A stretch of 64,000 nucleotides of DNA from Salinispira sp. (GTDB taxonomy: Bacteria; Spirochaetota; Spirochaetia; DSM-27196; Salinispiraceae): NCBI GenBank assembly GCA_965226555.1, contig CBDDDG010000010.1:480001-544000 (forward strand). Reading direction: 5' to 3'. Each line of letters starts with the position of its first letter. Within the stretch, counting starts at the first letter, position 1. Below are positions 27,366 to 36,682 of this stretch, in pieces. A program made the translations under genes and the position numbers. The notes beneath the pieces were generated by a model. It made no database searches. It was given only the letters and a program-made list of their open reading frames with translations, and had not been told where the DNA came from.

Positions 27366-28813
27366 TTACTGCGCCGGACGAGCGAAGGTTGCCATGTCGT
27401 AGGCATAGATACTTTGAGTAAAGAGATCCACCACCCACATTGTTGTCCCGTTCGACCAGAGACCTAGGGGGCTAGTACTTCCCGTAGCAAGCGTGTTGAA
27501 CTCTTTGTTCTCATTGCGGGTTACTGTGATAGTGCCTGCATTGTTTATCGTGTAATCGTAGGCAAAAATTTTGTCAGCTTCACTATCTGTCACCCACATT
27601 GTTGTTCCATTTGACCAGATGCCGGTAGTGCTCGTATTAGTAGCATCAAGCGTGAAATCTTTTGATGAATCGTATGACATATCACTTGTCTTGTAGGCAA
27701 AGATTTTGTCACTAGAAGAATCCAGCACCCACATTGTTGTCCCATCCGACCAGATGTCGGATGGATCTATATTACCCGTATCAAAAAGTGTCTCAAAATC
27801 CTTGCTCGAATCGGCAGATCCGGTACTCAGGGTGTAGGCAGAGATTTTTTCACTATTTGCGCTTTGGGCATCACCGCCCGTATTGCTTACTACCCACATT
27901 GTTGTTGTTCCATCCGACCAGAGACCGTTATCGTCATCGACATTGGTGATATCTTTGCTCGAATCGCGTGCCTTTGTGCTCAGGTTGTAGGCATTGATGT
28001 TGTTATCAGCGGTTACTACCCATATCGTTGTTCCATCCGACCAGATGTATCTGGGGAAAATATCTACAGAAAGAAATTTAAAATCGTTTCTGTGATCCCC
28101 TGCGGAGTTATAGCCGTTTGCTTTGTAGCCGTTTTCATCGTAGCCGTGTTCATCGTAGCCGTGTTCATCAAAGCCGTGTTCATCGTAGCCGTGTTCATCG
28201 TAGCCGTGTTCATCAAAGCCGTGTTCATCGTAGCCGTGTTCATCGTAGCCGTGTTCATCGTAGCCGTGTTCATCAAAGCCGTTTTCATCGTAGCCGTGTT
28301 CATCGTAGCCGTGTTCATCAAAGCCAGCCTTGTCGTAGCCATTTTCATCAAAGCCATCTTTGTCGTAGCCGGACGGGTCGAATTTCGTGCCAGTGTCGCG
28401 GTGCATACCATTGGCATCAAATCCGTTTTCATCGTAGGTCCCGCCGTCTCTGTGCACGCCATCTTTGTCAAAGCCGGCTCTATCAAAGCCGTCTTTATCA
28501 AAGCCATTTACGTCATAGCCATTGGCATCGTAGCCGTTGACGTCATAGCCGTCATCATCGTAGGGCGTACCGTTTTCGCAATGAATGCCGTCGGCGCCGA
28601 AGCCGGTGCCGTTGATATCGCACTCGGAATTTGGAACAGGATCGGGATCCAGATCGGGTTCCGGCGATGGGCAGGCCGCGATGAGCAATGTCAGGATGAT
28701 GAGAAAGCCGCTTAGGAGATATGCGCCGAAATGGTTTTCTCTTGTTGCACAATCCAGCTTTTCGCTGAATGGTGGAATGGTGGAATGGTGGAATGGTGGA
28801 ATATGTTGTTCAT
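27366..28813 (-). CDS. Lipoprotein with GYD pentapeptide repeats and a GIWSDGTTMWV beta-propeller; frameshifted near the start by an 8-bp tandem repeat
   Basis: Main frame extends upstream through the signal peptide GAYLLSGFLIILTLLIAAC; ATG at 28813 with an AAGGA RBS is out of frame by one repeat unit. Confidence 0.75.
28110..28370. repeat. 15-bp coding tandem repeat (G-Y/F-D-E-H/N)
   Basis: TAGCCGTGTTCATCG units, more than a dozen copies. Confidence 0.9.
28771..28802. repeat. 8-bp simple sequence repeat (GGTGGAAT)x4
   Basis: Visible directly; lies just after the presumed start codon of the minus-strand gene. Confidence 0.9.
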
Positions 28814-29011
28814 ATTTCGTATCCTTATTTTAAGTGATTATGAGCATAATATATCACAAAAATTGTTATGTGTCCAACACGCACTATCAACAGCACGTAT
28901 TTTTTAAAAGTGTAGCACGCAACATCGGAAATATCAACTATCTGCATGAATTTTAGGTGAAATTTTTCGAAGTGTTTGCATGTTGCAAAGGTTTCGTGTA
29001 GAGTACTATAA

Positions 29012-29065
29012 CAAACTTTTGCTACTGGAAATTGTGCTTGCGCAATTTTCCAATGCAAAAGTTTC
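29012..29065. repeat. Family A palindrome immediately upstream of adk; another at 29727-29773
   Basis: CAAACTTTTGC..GGAAATTGTGCTTGCGCAATTTTCCAATGCAAAAGTTTC. Confidence 0.8.
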
Positions 29066-29071
29066 TATACC

Positions 29072-29716
29072 ATGGAGGAAAAAGTGAAACTACTATTTCT
29101 TGGTCCGCCGGGAGCAGGCAAAGGTACTATGGCAAGCAGACTTTCGGAGCGCATCGGCATTCCGCATATCTCCACTGGCGACATTATGCGGGCAGCAATT
29201 AGAAATGAGACTGCCCTCGGCAAAGATGTAAAGACAATTGTGGAGAGCGGAGGCCTTGTTCCCGATAATTTGACCAGTGAACTGGTAAAAGAACGTCTTG
29301 CTGAAAAAGATGCCCGCAATGGGTTTATTCTGGACGGCTTCCCCCGTACCATTGGCCAGGCAGACACCTTAAAAACAATTTCAGAAATTGACCGTGCTGT
29401 ACATTTCATTCTTGCTAATGAAGAAATTATTACGCGGCTTTCAGGAAGACGTATACACAAGGCCTCGGGGAGAACCTACCATGTTCTCTTTAATCCTCCC
29501 AAAGTCGAAAACAGAGATGACATAAGCGGTGAAGAGCTCATAACCCGCCCCGACGACAGCGAAGAAGCCATAAGCCGGCGCCTTGAACTTTACCGTGAGC
29601 AAACAGCTCCCCTCATTGAATATTATGAACAACTCGGTCTTGTATTATCAGTTGATAGCCGCCCGAAACCCGACATTGTATTCGGTAATCTCGTCAAGGC
29701 TCTTCAAAGCCCGTAA
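29072..29716 (+). CDS. adk: Adenylate kinase
   Basis: GPPGAGKGT, HISTGD, GFILDGFPRT, LID domain. Confidence 0.97.
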   Translation: MEEKVKLLFLGPPGAGKGTMASRLSERIGIPHISTGDIMRAAIRNETALGKDVKTIVESGGLVPDNLTSELVKERLAEKDARNGFILDGFPRTIGQADTLKTISEIDRAVHFILANEEIITRLSGRRIHKASGRTYHVLFNPPKVENRDDISGEELITRPDDSEEAISRRLELYREQTAPLIEYYEQLGLVLSVDSRPKPDIVFGNLVKALQSP

Positions 29717-29788
29717 GGCATACGGGCTTTGCATTGGAAAATTGTGCGCACAATTTCCAGCAGCAAAAATTTCCTGAATATTTACGGT

Positions 29789-30769
29789 TTACGGTATCTG
29801 ATTACGTATAAATTTCTCTGCTCTTTCCGCCTCCAATGCTAATGCTTCTGCATCGTATTGCTCTGCAATAAATTCTATTGTCATGTCTAATCCCTTTATA
29901 TCTTCAAGAGCGCTATACACATTGTCCCATTCATTGGCAGAAAGAAAATTCATTTCACCCACTATCATAAAATATTGCAAACTACGCTCGTCATCAATGG
30001 CAATTTCAGCAAGCCCCCGCGCAGCATTGAGGAAAAGCTCCCGATACCGGGGAAGGAAATTGTCAGACAGATCCGCGCCATTCTCATATGCCTCATGAAG
30101 GTTCTCAACGAGAGTAAACAATTCAGCATAATTCTCGGTTTCAATTAGGCTGTCTCCCAGCATTAGGGCCGCCGAAAGGAACTCCGCAATGCTGTCAATG
30201 TAGGGGGAAAGCCGGACAACAACATCCGGATAGTTCATTTCCTGAAAAGCGCTATAGGCAATTTGTTCATGCGCCTGAATAAAATCGGGACGCGCTTCCA
30301 GCGCCCTGTTAAACATTTCCGTTGCCTCAGTTTCCCGTTCGGTTTTCCGATAGAGCAGGCCAAGATTATAATAGGTATCGTACCCGGCATCGTCCTCTGT
30401 AATGTGTTGGAGATATATCTCCTCTGCCCCTTCATAGTCGGATTGAGCAAGCGCCAAATAGGCCTGAAGGCTTTCCAGACGATTATCAAAAGCGATGAAA
30501 TTTCCAAGCAGCCCATCCAACACTTCCTGAGCGAGTTGAAACTCGTTATTTTCAACGTAGAGAATTGCAAGCGAGAAGGCAGCTTCTTCAAAAACAGGAT
30601 AAAACTCAAGAGCGGTTTTGTACTGGGAAATAGCCTTATCCTGTTGTTCATCCAGAAGTTCATACTGTTGCCCTAAGTCATAATATTCCAGAGCAAGCTC
30701 AACGTACGCATTGGAAACAGTGGAACATGATACTACGGCAAGAAGAGCAAGCATGCAGGCTTTCAGCAT
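29789..30769 (-). CDS. TPR-repeat lipoprotein
   Basis: VVSC lipobox; YYNLGLLY and ALE..P TPR patterns. Confidence 0.7.
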   Translation of the reverse strand: MLKACMLALLAVVSCSTVSNAYVELALEYYDLGQQYELLDEQQDKAISQYKTALEFYPVFEEAAFSLAILYVENNEFQLAQEVLDGLLGNFIAFDNRLESLQAYLALAQSDYEGAEEIYLQHITEDDAGYDTYYNLGLLYRKTERETEATEMFNRALEARPDFIQAHEQIAYSAFQEMNYPDVVVRLSPYIDSIAEFLSAALMLGDSLIETENYAELFTLVENLHEAYENGADLSDNFLPRYRELFLNAARGLAEIAIDDERSLQYFMIVGEMNFLSANEWDNVYSALEDIKGLDMTIEFIAEQYDAEALALEAERAEKFIRNQIP

Positions 30770-30771
30770 TT

Positions 30772-31854
30772 TTACCCCTCCCTGAAAACTGTTCGTTCAA
30801 TTTCCCTCACCTGTGAACGGTATAGATCCAGAATGTTGGAACCGTAATCTGCGATTAATTGAATAATGTTTCGGAAGTAGCCCTGATGATCCTGTCCATT
30901 CAGGCGATCACCAGCATCGCCAAGGCCCGGGAGAATATAGGCATCGGTATTGATGAAGGGATCCATCCAGAGAGTATAGATTTTTACATTTTCAACAGCT
31001 CGAATAATGCGCAAACTTCCCTTGACGGCTGAAATAACATTAAAAAATTGTACCGAACGCGGAACAATTCCTCTTTTATTCAGATATTGAATAATGGTAA
31101 CAAGCGATCCGCCGGTGGCGTTCATCGGATCCGCAAATATTAGGTCCTTCCCATGTAATTGCTCAAGATCGAAAAATGAGGAGTGCAGATCGAGGAGATA
31201 GCGCATGCTGGTCTCCTGCCTGCTTTCATCGCGCCGAATGCGAAAGAGCGCGAAGGGGGTAACATAGGCCTTTGATGAATATTCCTGTATTTCCTTGGAC
31301 ATGATCATAGATGGAAGAAGCGCTCCTCTGAGCATGACGCACATGAGTGAATTTTCAATGTGCTTATCCACATTTGGTATTTTATGCACGGCAAAATTTT
31401 GAACAGGATCAGTTACCGGAGTTTTGACAATGAGATGATTCTTTTCCTGACGGTCAACATTGTGAAAAGCAAAGTTAAAAAGTAGTTCATATGCCCGCTG
31501 AATGTAGTATACAAATTCATGGTGCTCAGTCCGCACATCGCGCAACTTTGCAATGAGGCGGGAAACCTCTCCTTGGCTTGAATAGGGCAATTGAAAGGAA
31601 TAGATGTTGATTGCCGGATGATCGGCAGAGAATTCCTGAATGCGATTTCCAATGTGGTTGTAGTTGGTAATAAGATCCTTGCGAAGCGCATCATCCTGAT
31701 CCTGCTTCGATATTCGAGCCATTACTTTACATACTTCCAAAGCCGCTTTGTACAGCTCGTCAAGATCATATATATGATCCCAATCTGCTGTGGTGAGATA
31801 ATCATCAAGATCGGAAGCTGTCAATACGAATTGATCGTTTTTGTGTGAACTCAT
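30772..31854 (-). CDS. upp: Uracil phosphoribosyltransferase-like protein with N-terminal extension
   Basis: VMLRGAL, DPMNATGGS, YILPGLGDAGDRL. Confidence 0.8.
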   Translation of the reverse strand: MSSHKNDQFVLTASDLDDYLTTADWDHIYDLDELYKAALEVCKVMARISKQDQDDALRKDLITNYNHIGNRIQEFSADHPAINIYSFQLPYSSQGEVSRLIAKLRDVRTEHHEFVYYIQRAYELLFNFAFHNVDRQEKNHLIVKTPVTDPVQNFAVHKIPNVDKHIENSLMCVMLRGALLPSMIMSKEIQEYSSKAYVTPFALFRIRRDESRQETSMRYLLDLHSSFFDLEQLHGKDLIFADPMNATGGSLVTIIQYLNKRGIVPRSVQFFNVISAVKGSLRIIRAVENVKIYTLWMDPFINTDAYILPGLGDAGDRLNGQDHQGYFRNIIQLIADYGSNILDLYRSQVREIERTVFREG

Positions 31855-31908
31855 TATTTTTTCCGCAAAAATGAGGATTGCTCGTATATGAACAATCCTT
31901 AGATCTGC

Positions 31909-31980
<72 letters not shown>

Positions 31981-32010
31981 ATAATCGGGCAATGTGACCG
32001 ATTGCCGATA

Positions 32011-32083
32011 TGAGCCGCATTGGATTCGAACCAATGACCCACGCCTTAAAAGGGCGTTGCTCTACCGGCTGAGCTAGCGGCCC
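32011..32083 (-). tRNA. tRNA-Lys (TTT)
   Basis: GGGCCGC acceptor stem, anticodon loop CTTTTAA, GGTTCGAATCC. Confidence 0.95.
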
Positions 32084-32196
32084 ATGCAATATACTGGAAT
32101 GTAGCAGTCATTCACGCTGGATGTCAACTATTCAAAAAAAGAAAAAGCGGCAGAATCACCATTCCGACGCTTCCTCAAAAATTTCATCATATATTT

Positions 32197-33915
32197 TTAC
32201 AGACGAATGGCAATCTCAACAGTGGCGCCAAGTTGATTGAAATCTAAATCGCCATCATTATTAATATGAATGTCGGATATACCGCCCGCCATATTAATGT
32301 CGAGAATAAATAAATTGAGACCGAGACCCGCTGTCAGGAAAGAATCGCCATAACCAAGTCTGAGATTTCCAAAATCGCCAAGAAATGAAAACTCAAGTCC
32401 CAAATGGAGATGATCCATGATAACCGTAAACAGCCCTTCTTCTCCTTCAAAAAAGCTCCCAAACATTCCAAAGAAATCCTGAATATCGGCATTAAACTTC
32501 AAGCCAAACAAATCCGGGTCTCCGGGATCAGGATTGAGATCGGTATTCAGAGAAAGACCAAAGTTCATCCTGAATGGTTGATAGGTATACAGATCTTTCT
32601 GAATTTCAGGAGAAACAGTATCGGTTCCCAGAAGTTCAAACCTTTCAAGGGCTGTAAGATACTCCTTGAAACCGGAATAACTTGTCCATGCTATGGGTAT
32701 GGGGAGAATATCCTTCAAAGTAAGTCCAAGGGTAAACATTCCGGCATCAAGATCAAGCAATGATCCAACATCAAACAATGCCCCTACATCAACACCAACA
32801 TATAGTCCGGTGTATAGGGAATTTTGCTCAAGTAATTCTTCAATGTTCCTCTTCCCAAGCAAGACGGAAATCGGATTTACCTCGGTATAACCGAGAATTG
32901 TCGGACGGAGCTGAGCACCAATCGTCACAGGACCAATCGGAAATGCATAACCGGCTGCGAGTATAATGTTTATAACCGCATGGCCCCGTGTCGCGAGAAT
33001 GGGCTCCCCACTGAATTTAGCCTCTGCTCCCACAAAAAGACCAAGACCAAGACCATTACCCACATAGGCAATACTGGCAAGTGCACCAACACGAGCATCG
33101 CCCCCGGGGATAGAATCAAAATTATCCCTGACTACATCATTAATGTCTTTTTTCCAGTTCTCAGCAAGATATTTATCATTTGCAATGTCCTTCTCCGCAA
33201 ATTTCTCGTCAACAAGTTCCTGAATCGCTTCTTCGCTTACACCTTCGTTTTCTTTACGGACTTCCTCTTCAATATGTTCCCGAACCCCTTCATTCATTGC
33301 ATCAATGATCGCTACAAGGTTGGTATCTCCATTGCCGTCTTCTTCAAAAATCGGAGATTGGAGAATTGCTTCAATCAAACTGCTCGGAATCGGAAGTCCG
33401 TTGTCGTCGCCGTCATCATAGTCATCGCTGCCAGTGCCGCCAAACTCTTCGGGAATCTGTTCTGCGAGATCCTCATCAAGATCAATAATTTTTTTGACCG
33501 CCGCCTTAACGGCAGCATCCTGCTCATCCTCTTCAAGATCTTCTATCCACTCTTCAAAGCCCTCAAAACTTTTAGCAAGATCATCTAAATCTTCCTGATC
33601 AAACCCCGGTATTTTCGATATTCCCCGACGGGCATTCCGCGATCCGCCGGCATCACCACCAGCAAGATCAAGCACATATTCAAGAAGCTTGTGGTTTATA
33701 AGAGCGTAGGCAGTGGTTGATGCAAAGGTCATTTCCTCTTGTTCGGAAGCAAATCCCGCAGGATTATAAAAAAATGCCGAAAGCCCTTCAGGATCAGCAG
33801 TGCGAGCACCCCCCAACCCAAATGCGATTGGATGAGGCGGCAGAAAAATATCTTCCTGAGCAGAAAGAGATACAAGAACACTCAAAAAAAACAAGAATAT
33901 AATAAATTTTTTCAA
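32197..33915 (-). CDS. Putative outer-membrane beta-barrel protein (FadL/TraF-like) with an acidic insertion
   Basis: Signal peptide, GLGGA..A....AFFYNPAGF N-terminal motif, C-terminal alternating beta strands. Confidence 0.55.
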   Translation of the reverse strand: MKKFIIFLFFLSVLVSLSAQEDIFLPPHPIAFGLGGARTADPEGLSAFFYNPAGFASEQEEMTFASTTAYALINHKLLEYVLDLAGGDAGGSRNARRGISKIPGFDQEDLDDLAKSFEGFEEWIEDLEEDEQDAAVKAAVKKIIDLDEDLAEQIPEEFGGTGSDDYDDGDDNGLPIPSSLIEAILQSPIFEEDGNGDTNLVAIIDAMNEGVREHIEEEVRKENEGVSEEAIQELVDEKFAEKDIANDKYLAENWKKDINDVVRDNFDSIPGGDARVGALASIAYVGNGLGLGLFVGAEAKFSGEPILATRGHAVINIILAAGYAFPIGPVTIGAQLRPTILGYTEVNPISVLLGKRNIEELLEQNSLYTGLYVGVDVGALFDVGSLLDLDAGMFTLGLTLKDILPIPIAWTSYSGFKEYLTALERFELLGTDTVSPEIQKDLYTYQPFRMNFGLSLNTDLNPDPGDPDLFGLKFNADIQDFFGMFGSFFEGEEGLFTVIMDHLHLGLEFSFLGDFGNLRLGYGDSFLTAGLGLNLFILDINMAGGISDIHINNDGDLDFNQLGATVEIAIRL

Positions 33916-34068
33916 AACAGTACTCCAAAAATTAATTTATACAAATTGAAACTTTTGCATTTTGCAAAACTTTGAAATTGGAACAGACACGTAACACTAC
34001 GGAGTATATCTCATACTCCCGCGGAAAACAAGTACCATGCCCAATATGTTGGTATATTTTACCCAATT

Positions 34069-35751
34069 TTATCCGGTAACCGCGCCGCCGCTTGCGCTAT
34101 TGCAGAGGCGGGCAAATTTTGCAAGCGCTCCCTCAGCGTACAGCGCTTTTTTCGGCAGCCATGTTTTTGCTCTCTGGGAAAGTTTCTGATCATCCAGCTC
34201 AACCGTAAGTGTTTTGTTTTTCAAATCGATATTGATGATATCATTATCATACAGCAGGGCAATTGGTCCTCCACTCTGAGCCTCAGGTGTAATGTGACCG
34301 ACAATGAGTCCATGACTGCCCCCGGAAAACCGTCCGTCAGTTATAAGAGCGACCTTGCCCGCAAGGCCTCGGCCTGCAATCGCTGCAGTGGGGGAGAGCA
34401 TCTCACGCATTCCCGGCCCACCCTTGGGGCCTTCATAGCGGATAACGACAACATCGCCCTCAACAATTTTTCCATCGACTATGGCCGTAAAGGCATCCGC
34501 CTCATTTTCGAAAATTCTGGCAGGGCCTCGGTGATTCTGTATTTTTAATCCGCTGGTCTTCAGCACACTCCCCTCAGGCGATAAATTACCAAAGAGCACA
34601 GCAAAGGGACCTGTTTCTTTCTGCGGAGAAGAAAATGGTTTTACCACATCCTGCTCATTAAGCTTCACTTTCACATTATGGAGATTTTCTCGTACTGTTT
34701 TTCCTGTAACAGTGAGGCAATCGCCATGAATGAGTCCTTCATCAAGAAGTATCTTCATAACCATAGCCACACCGCCGACCTTGTCGAGATCTTCCATGAC
34801 ATACCGTCCGGCAGGTTTCATATCGGTAAGGGTGGGTGTGGTGTCATAGAAATAGTTAAAATCATGAATGCTCAGCGCAACCTTGGCCTCATGGGCAAGG
34901 GCAATGAGGTGGAGTACCGCGTTCGTGCTTCCCCCAAGGGCCATGACCGTGCGGATCGCGTTTTCGAATGCCTTCCTCGTCATGATGTCCCGTGGACAGA
35001 TTCCTTCTTTTACCAAAAGGGCAAGCGCAGCGGAAGCTCTGCGAAAATGTTCATCCTGCCGATTATCAAGCGCGGGTATACCAGAACTTCCCGGCAGACT
35101 CATGCCAATTGCTTCCATGGCAGCAGCCATGGTGTTTGCCGTGTACATTCCTCCGCAGGCCCCCGCTCCCGGGCATGCTGAGCATTCTATACCGTGGCGC
35201 TCTTTTTCATCAATTTTTCCTTTGCTGAAGGCGCCTACTGCCTCAAATGCGCTGACAATATCAAGGGACTTTCCATGATAATGTCCGGCGCGAATGGTTC
35301 CCCCGTAGCAGAAAATTGCCGGTCGATTAAGACGAGCCATGGCCATAACAGTACCGGGAATGGTTTTATCGCAGCCCCCAATACCGAATATACCATCGAG
35401 CGCATGTCCCCGGACAACCAACTCAATAACATCGGCAATGGTCTCACGCGATACAAGGCTTGCCTTCATTCCCTCATGTCCCATAGCTTCGCCATCGGTT
35501 ACGACAAAGGTATTGAATTTCATGGGCTTGAGCTTGAACCTGATGAGTTCTTCCTTGGCAATAAGAGCGAGGTCATCATGATGTATATTACAGGGGCTCA
35601 GTTCAGCGCCGGAACTGGCCAGACCAATGAGCGGTTTGGTAAAATCCTCATCGGAAAATCCTATGGCGCGAAGCATGGCGCGGTTCGGCATGCGCTCGAG
35701 TCCATCAGTCATTTCACGGCTATATGTTTTACCGGTTTTTTTTTCAGACAT
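34069..35751 (-). CDS. ilvD: Dihydroxy-acid dehydratase
   Basis: PCNIH, CDKTIPG, GACGGMYTANTM, GPKGGPGMREML, ALITDGRFSG; start taken at MSEKK just after the rpsG stop. Confidence 0.96.
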   Translation of the reverse strand: MSEKKTGKTYSREMTDGLERMPNRAMLRAIGFSDEDFTKPLIGLASSGAELSPCNIHHDDLALIAKEELIRFKLKPMKFNTFVVTDGEAMGHEGMKASLVSRETIADVIELVVRGHALDGIFGIGGCDKTIPGTVMAMARLNRPAIFCYGGTIRAGHYHGKSLDIVSAFEAVGAFSKGKIDEKERHGIECSACPGAGACGGMYTANTMAAAMEAIGMSLPGSSGIPALDNRQDEHFRRASAALALLVKEGICPRDIMTRKAFENAIRTVMALGGSTNAVLHLIALAHEAKVALSIHDFNYFYDTTPTLTDMKPAGRYVMEDLDKVGGVAMVMKILLDEGLIHGDCLTVTGKTVRENLHNVKVKLNEQDVVKPFSSPQKETGPFAVLFGNLSPEGSVLKTSGLKIQNHRGPARIFENEADAFTAIVDGKIVEGDVVVIRYEGPKGGPGMREMLSPTAAIAGRGLAGKVALITDGRFSGGSHGLIVGHITPEAQSGGPIALLYDNDIINIDLKNKTLTVELDDQKLSQRAKTWLPKKALYAEGALAKFARLCNSASGGAVTG

Positions 35752-35758
35752 TATAGAA

Positions 35759-36232
35759 CTACCAGCGGTAATGGGCAAAGGCCTTGTTGGCTTCTGCCAT
35801 TCTATGTGTATCTTCTTTTTTCTTGAAGGCATTGCCGGTATTACTGTAGGCGTCCATAAATTCAGCGCTGAGCTTTTGTGCCATTGATTTTCCGTTTCGA
35901 TTCTTTGCGGCAGAAATTATCCAGCGCATGGCAAGCGCTTCACGGCGGCTTTCCCTGATTTCGACAGGAACCTGATATGTTGATCCGCCGACACGGCGGC
36001 TCTTTACTTCAATGACAGGTTTCACATTCTCAATTGCAGTGAGAAATACTTCCAGCGGTTTTACGTCTGAAATTTTTTCTCCTAAAACTCCCATAACACC
36101 GTACATAACCCGTGTAGCAATAGTCCGCTTCCCATGAATCATCATTCGTTTGATAAATTTCGTAATGATCGGAGAACCGTAACGGGTATCGGGGAGTAAT
36201 GGTTTTTTTGGTGGAATTCGTCTTCTCGGCAT
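35759..36232 (-). CDS. rpsG: 30S ribosomal protein S7
   Basis: MPRR, EVKSRRVGGSTYQVP, HRMAEANKAFAHYRW. Confidence 0.98.
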   Translation of the reverse strand: MPRRRIPPKKPLLPDTRYGSPIITKFIKRMMIHGKRTIATRVMYGVMGVLGEKISDVKPLEVFLTAIENVKPVIEVKSRRVGGSTYQVPVEIRESRREALAMRWIISAAKNRNGKSMAQKLSAEFMDAYSNTGNAFKKKEDTHRMAEANKAFAHYRW

Positions 36233-36240
36233 ACTTTCCT

Positions 36241-36615
36241 CTAGGCCTTTGGTCTTTTCGCCCCGTAGCGCGAACGTCCTTTTTTTCGATCCTCTACACC
36301 GAGAGTATCCTTTGCGCCCCTGACAATATGGTAACGGACACCGGGTAGATCTTTTACCCGCCCGCCCCGCATGAGTACAACCGAGTGTTCCTGAAGATTA
36401 TGTCCGATTCCGGGAATATAGGCAGTTACTTCAATTCCATTACTCAAGCGCACACGGGCGACTTTTCGCAGAGCAGAGTTCGGCTTTCTCGGTGTTACTG
36501 TCATTACCCGAGTACAGACGCCCCGCTTCTGCGGGCATGACTGAAGTGCCGGGCTCTTGGTTTTCTTAACAGTTGTTTTACGTCCTTTTCTAATGAGCTG
36601 GTTAATAGTGGGCAT
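36241..36615 (-). CDS. rpsL: 30S ribosomal protein S12
   Basis: [25 protein letters not shown]. Confidence 0.99.
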   Translation of the reverse strand: MPTINQLIRKGRKTTVKKTKSPALQSCPQKRGVCTRVMTVTPRKPNSALRKVARVRLSNGIEVTAYIPGIGHNLQEHSVVLMRGGRVKDLPGVRYHIVRGAKDTLGVEDRKKGRSRYGAKRPKA

Positions 36616-36682
36616 TAGCCCCTCCTCAATTCAACAGTAGAGTGAAACAATATCATGATATTTTGTCTTCGTCAAGAAACTT

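Noticed and set aside
27110..27470. Diversity-generating retroelement TR/VR pair
   Set aside because: Differences are not confined to adenines and include an indel; no reverse transcriptase in the window
35752..35832. N-terminal extensions of ilvD, and likewise nusG (to 47427) and the coiled-coil gene (to 50685)
   Set aside because: They overlap rpsG or run into repeat DNA; downstream ATGs fit better
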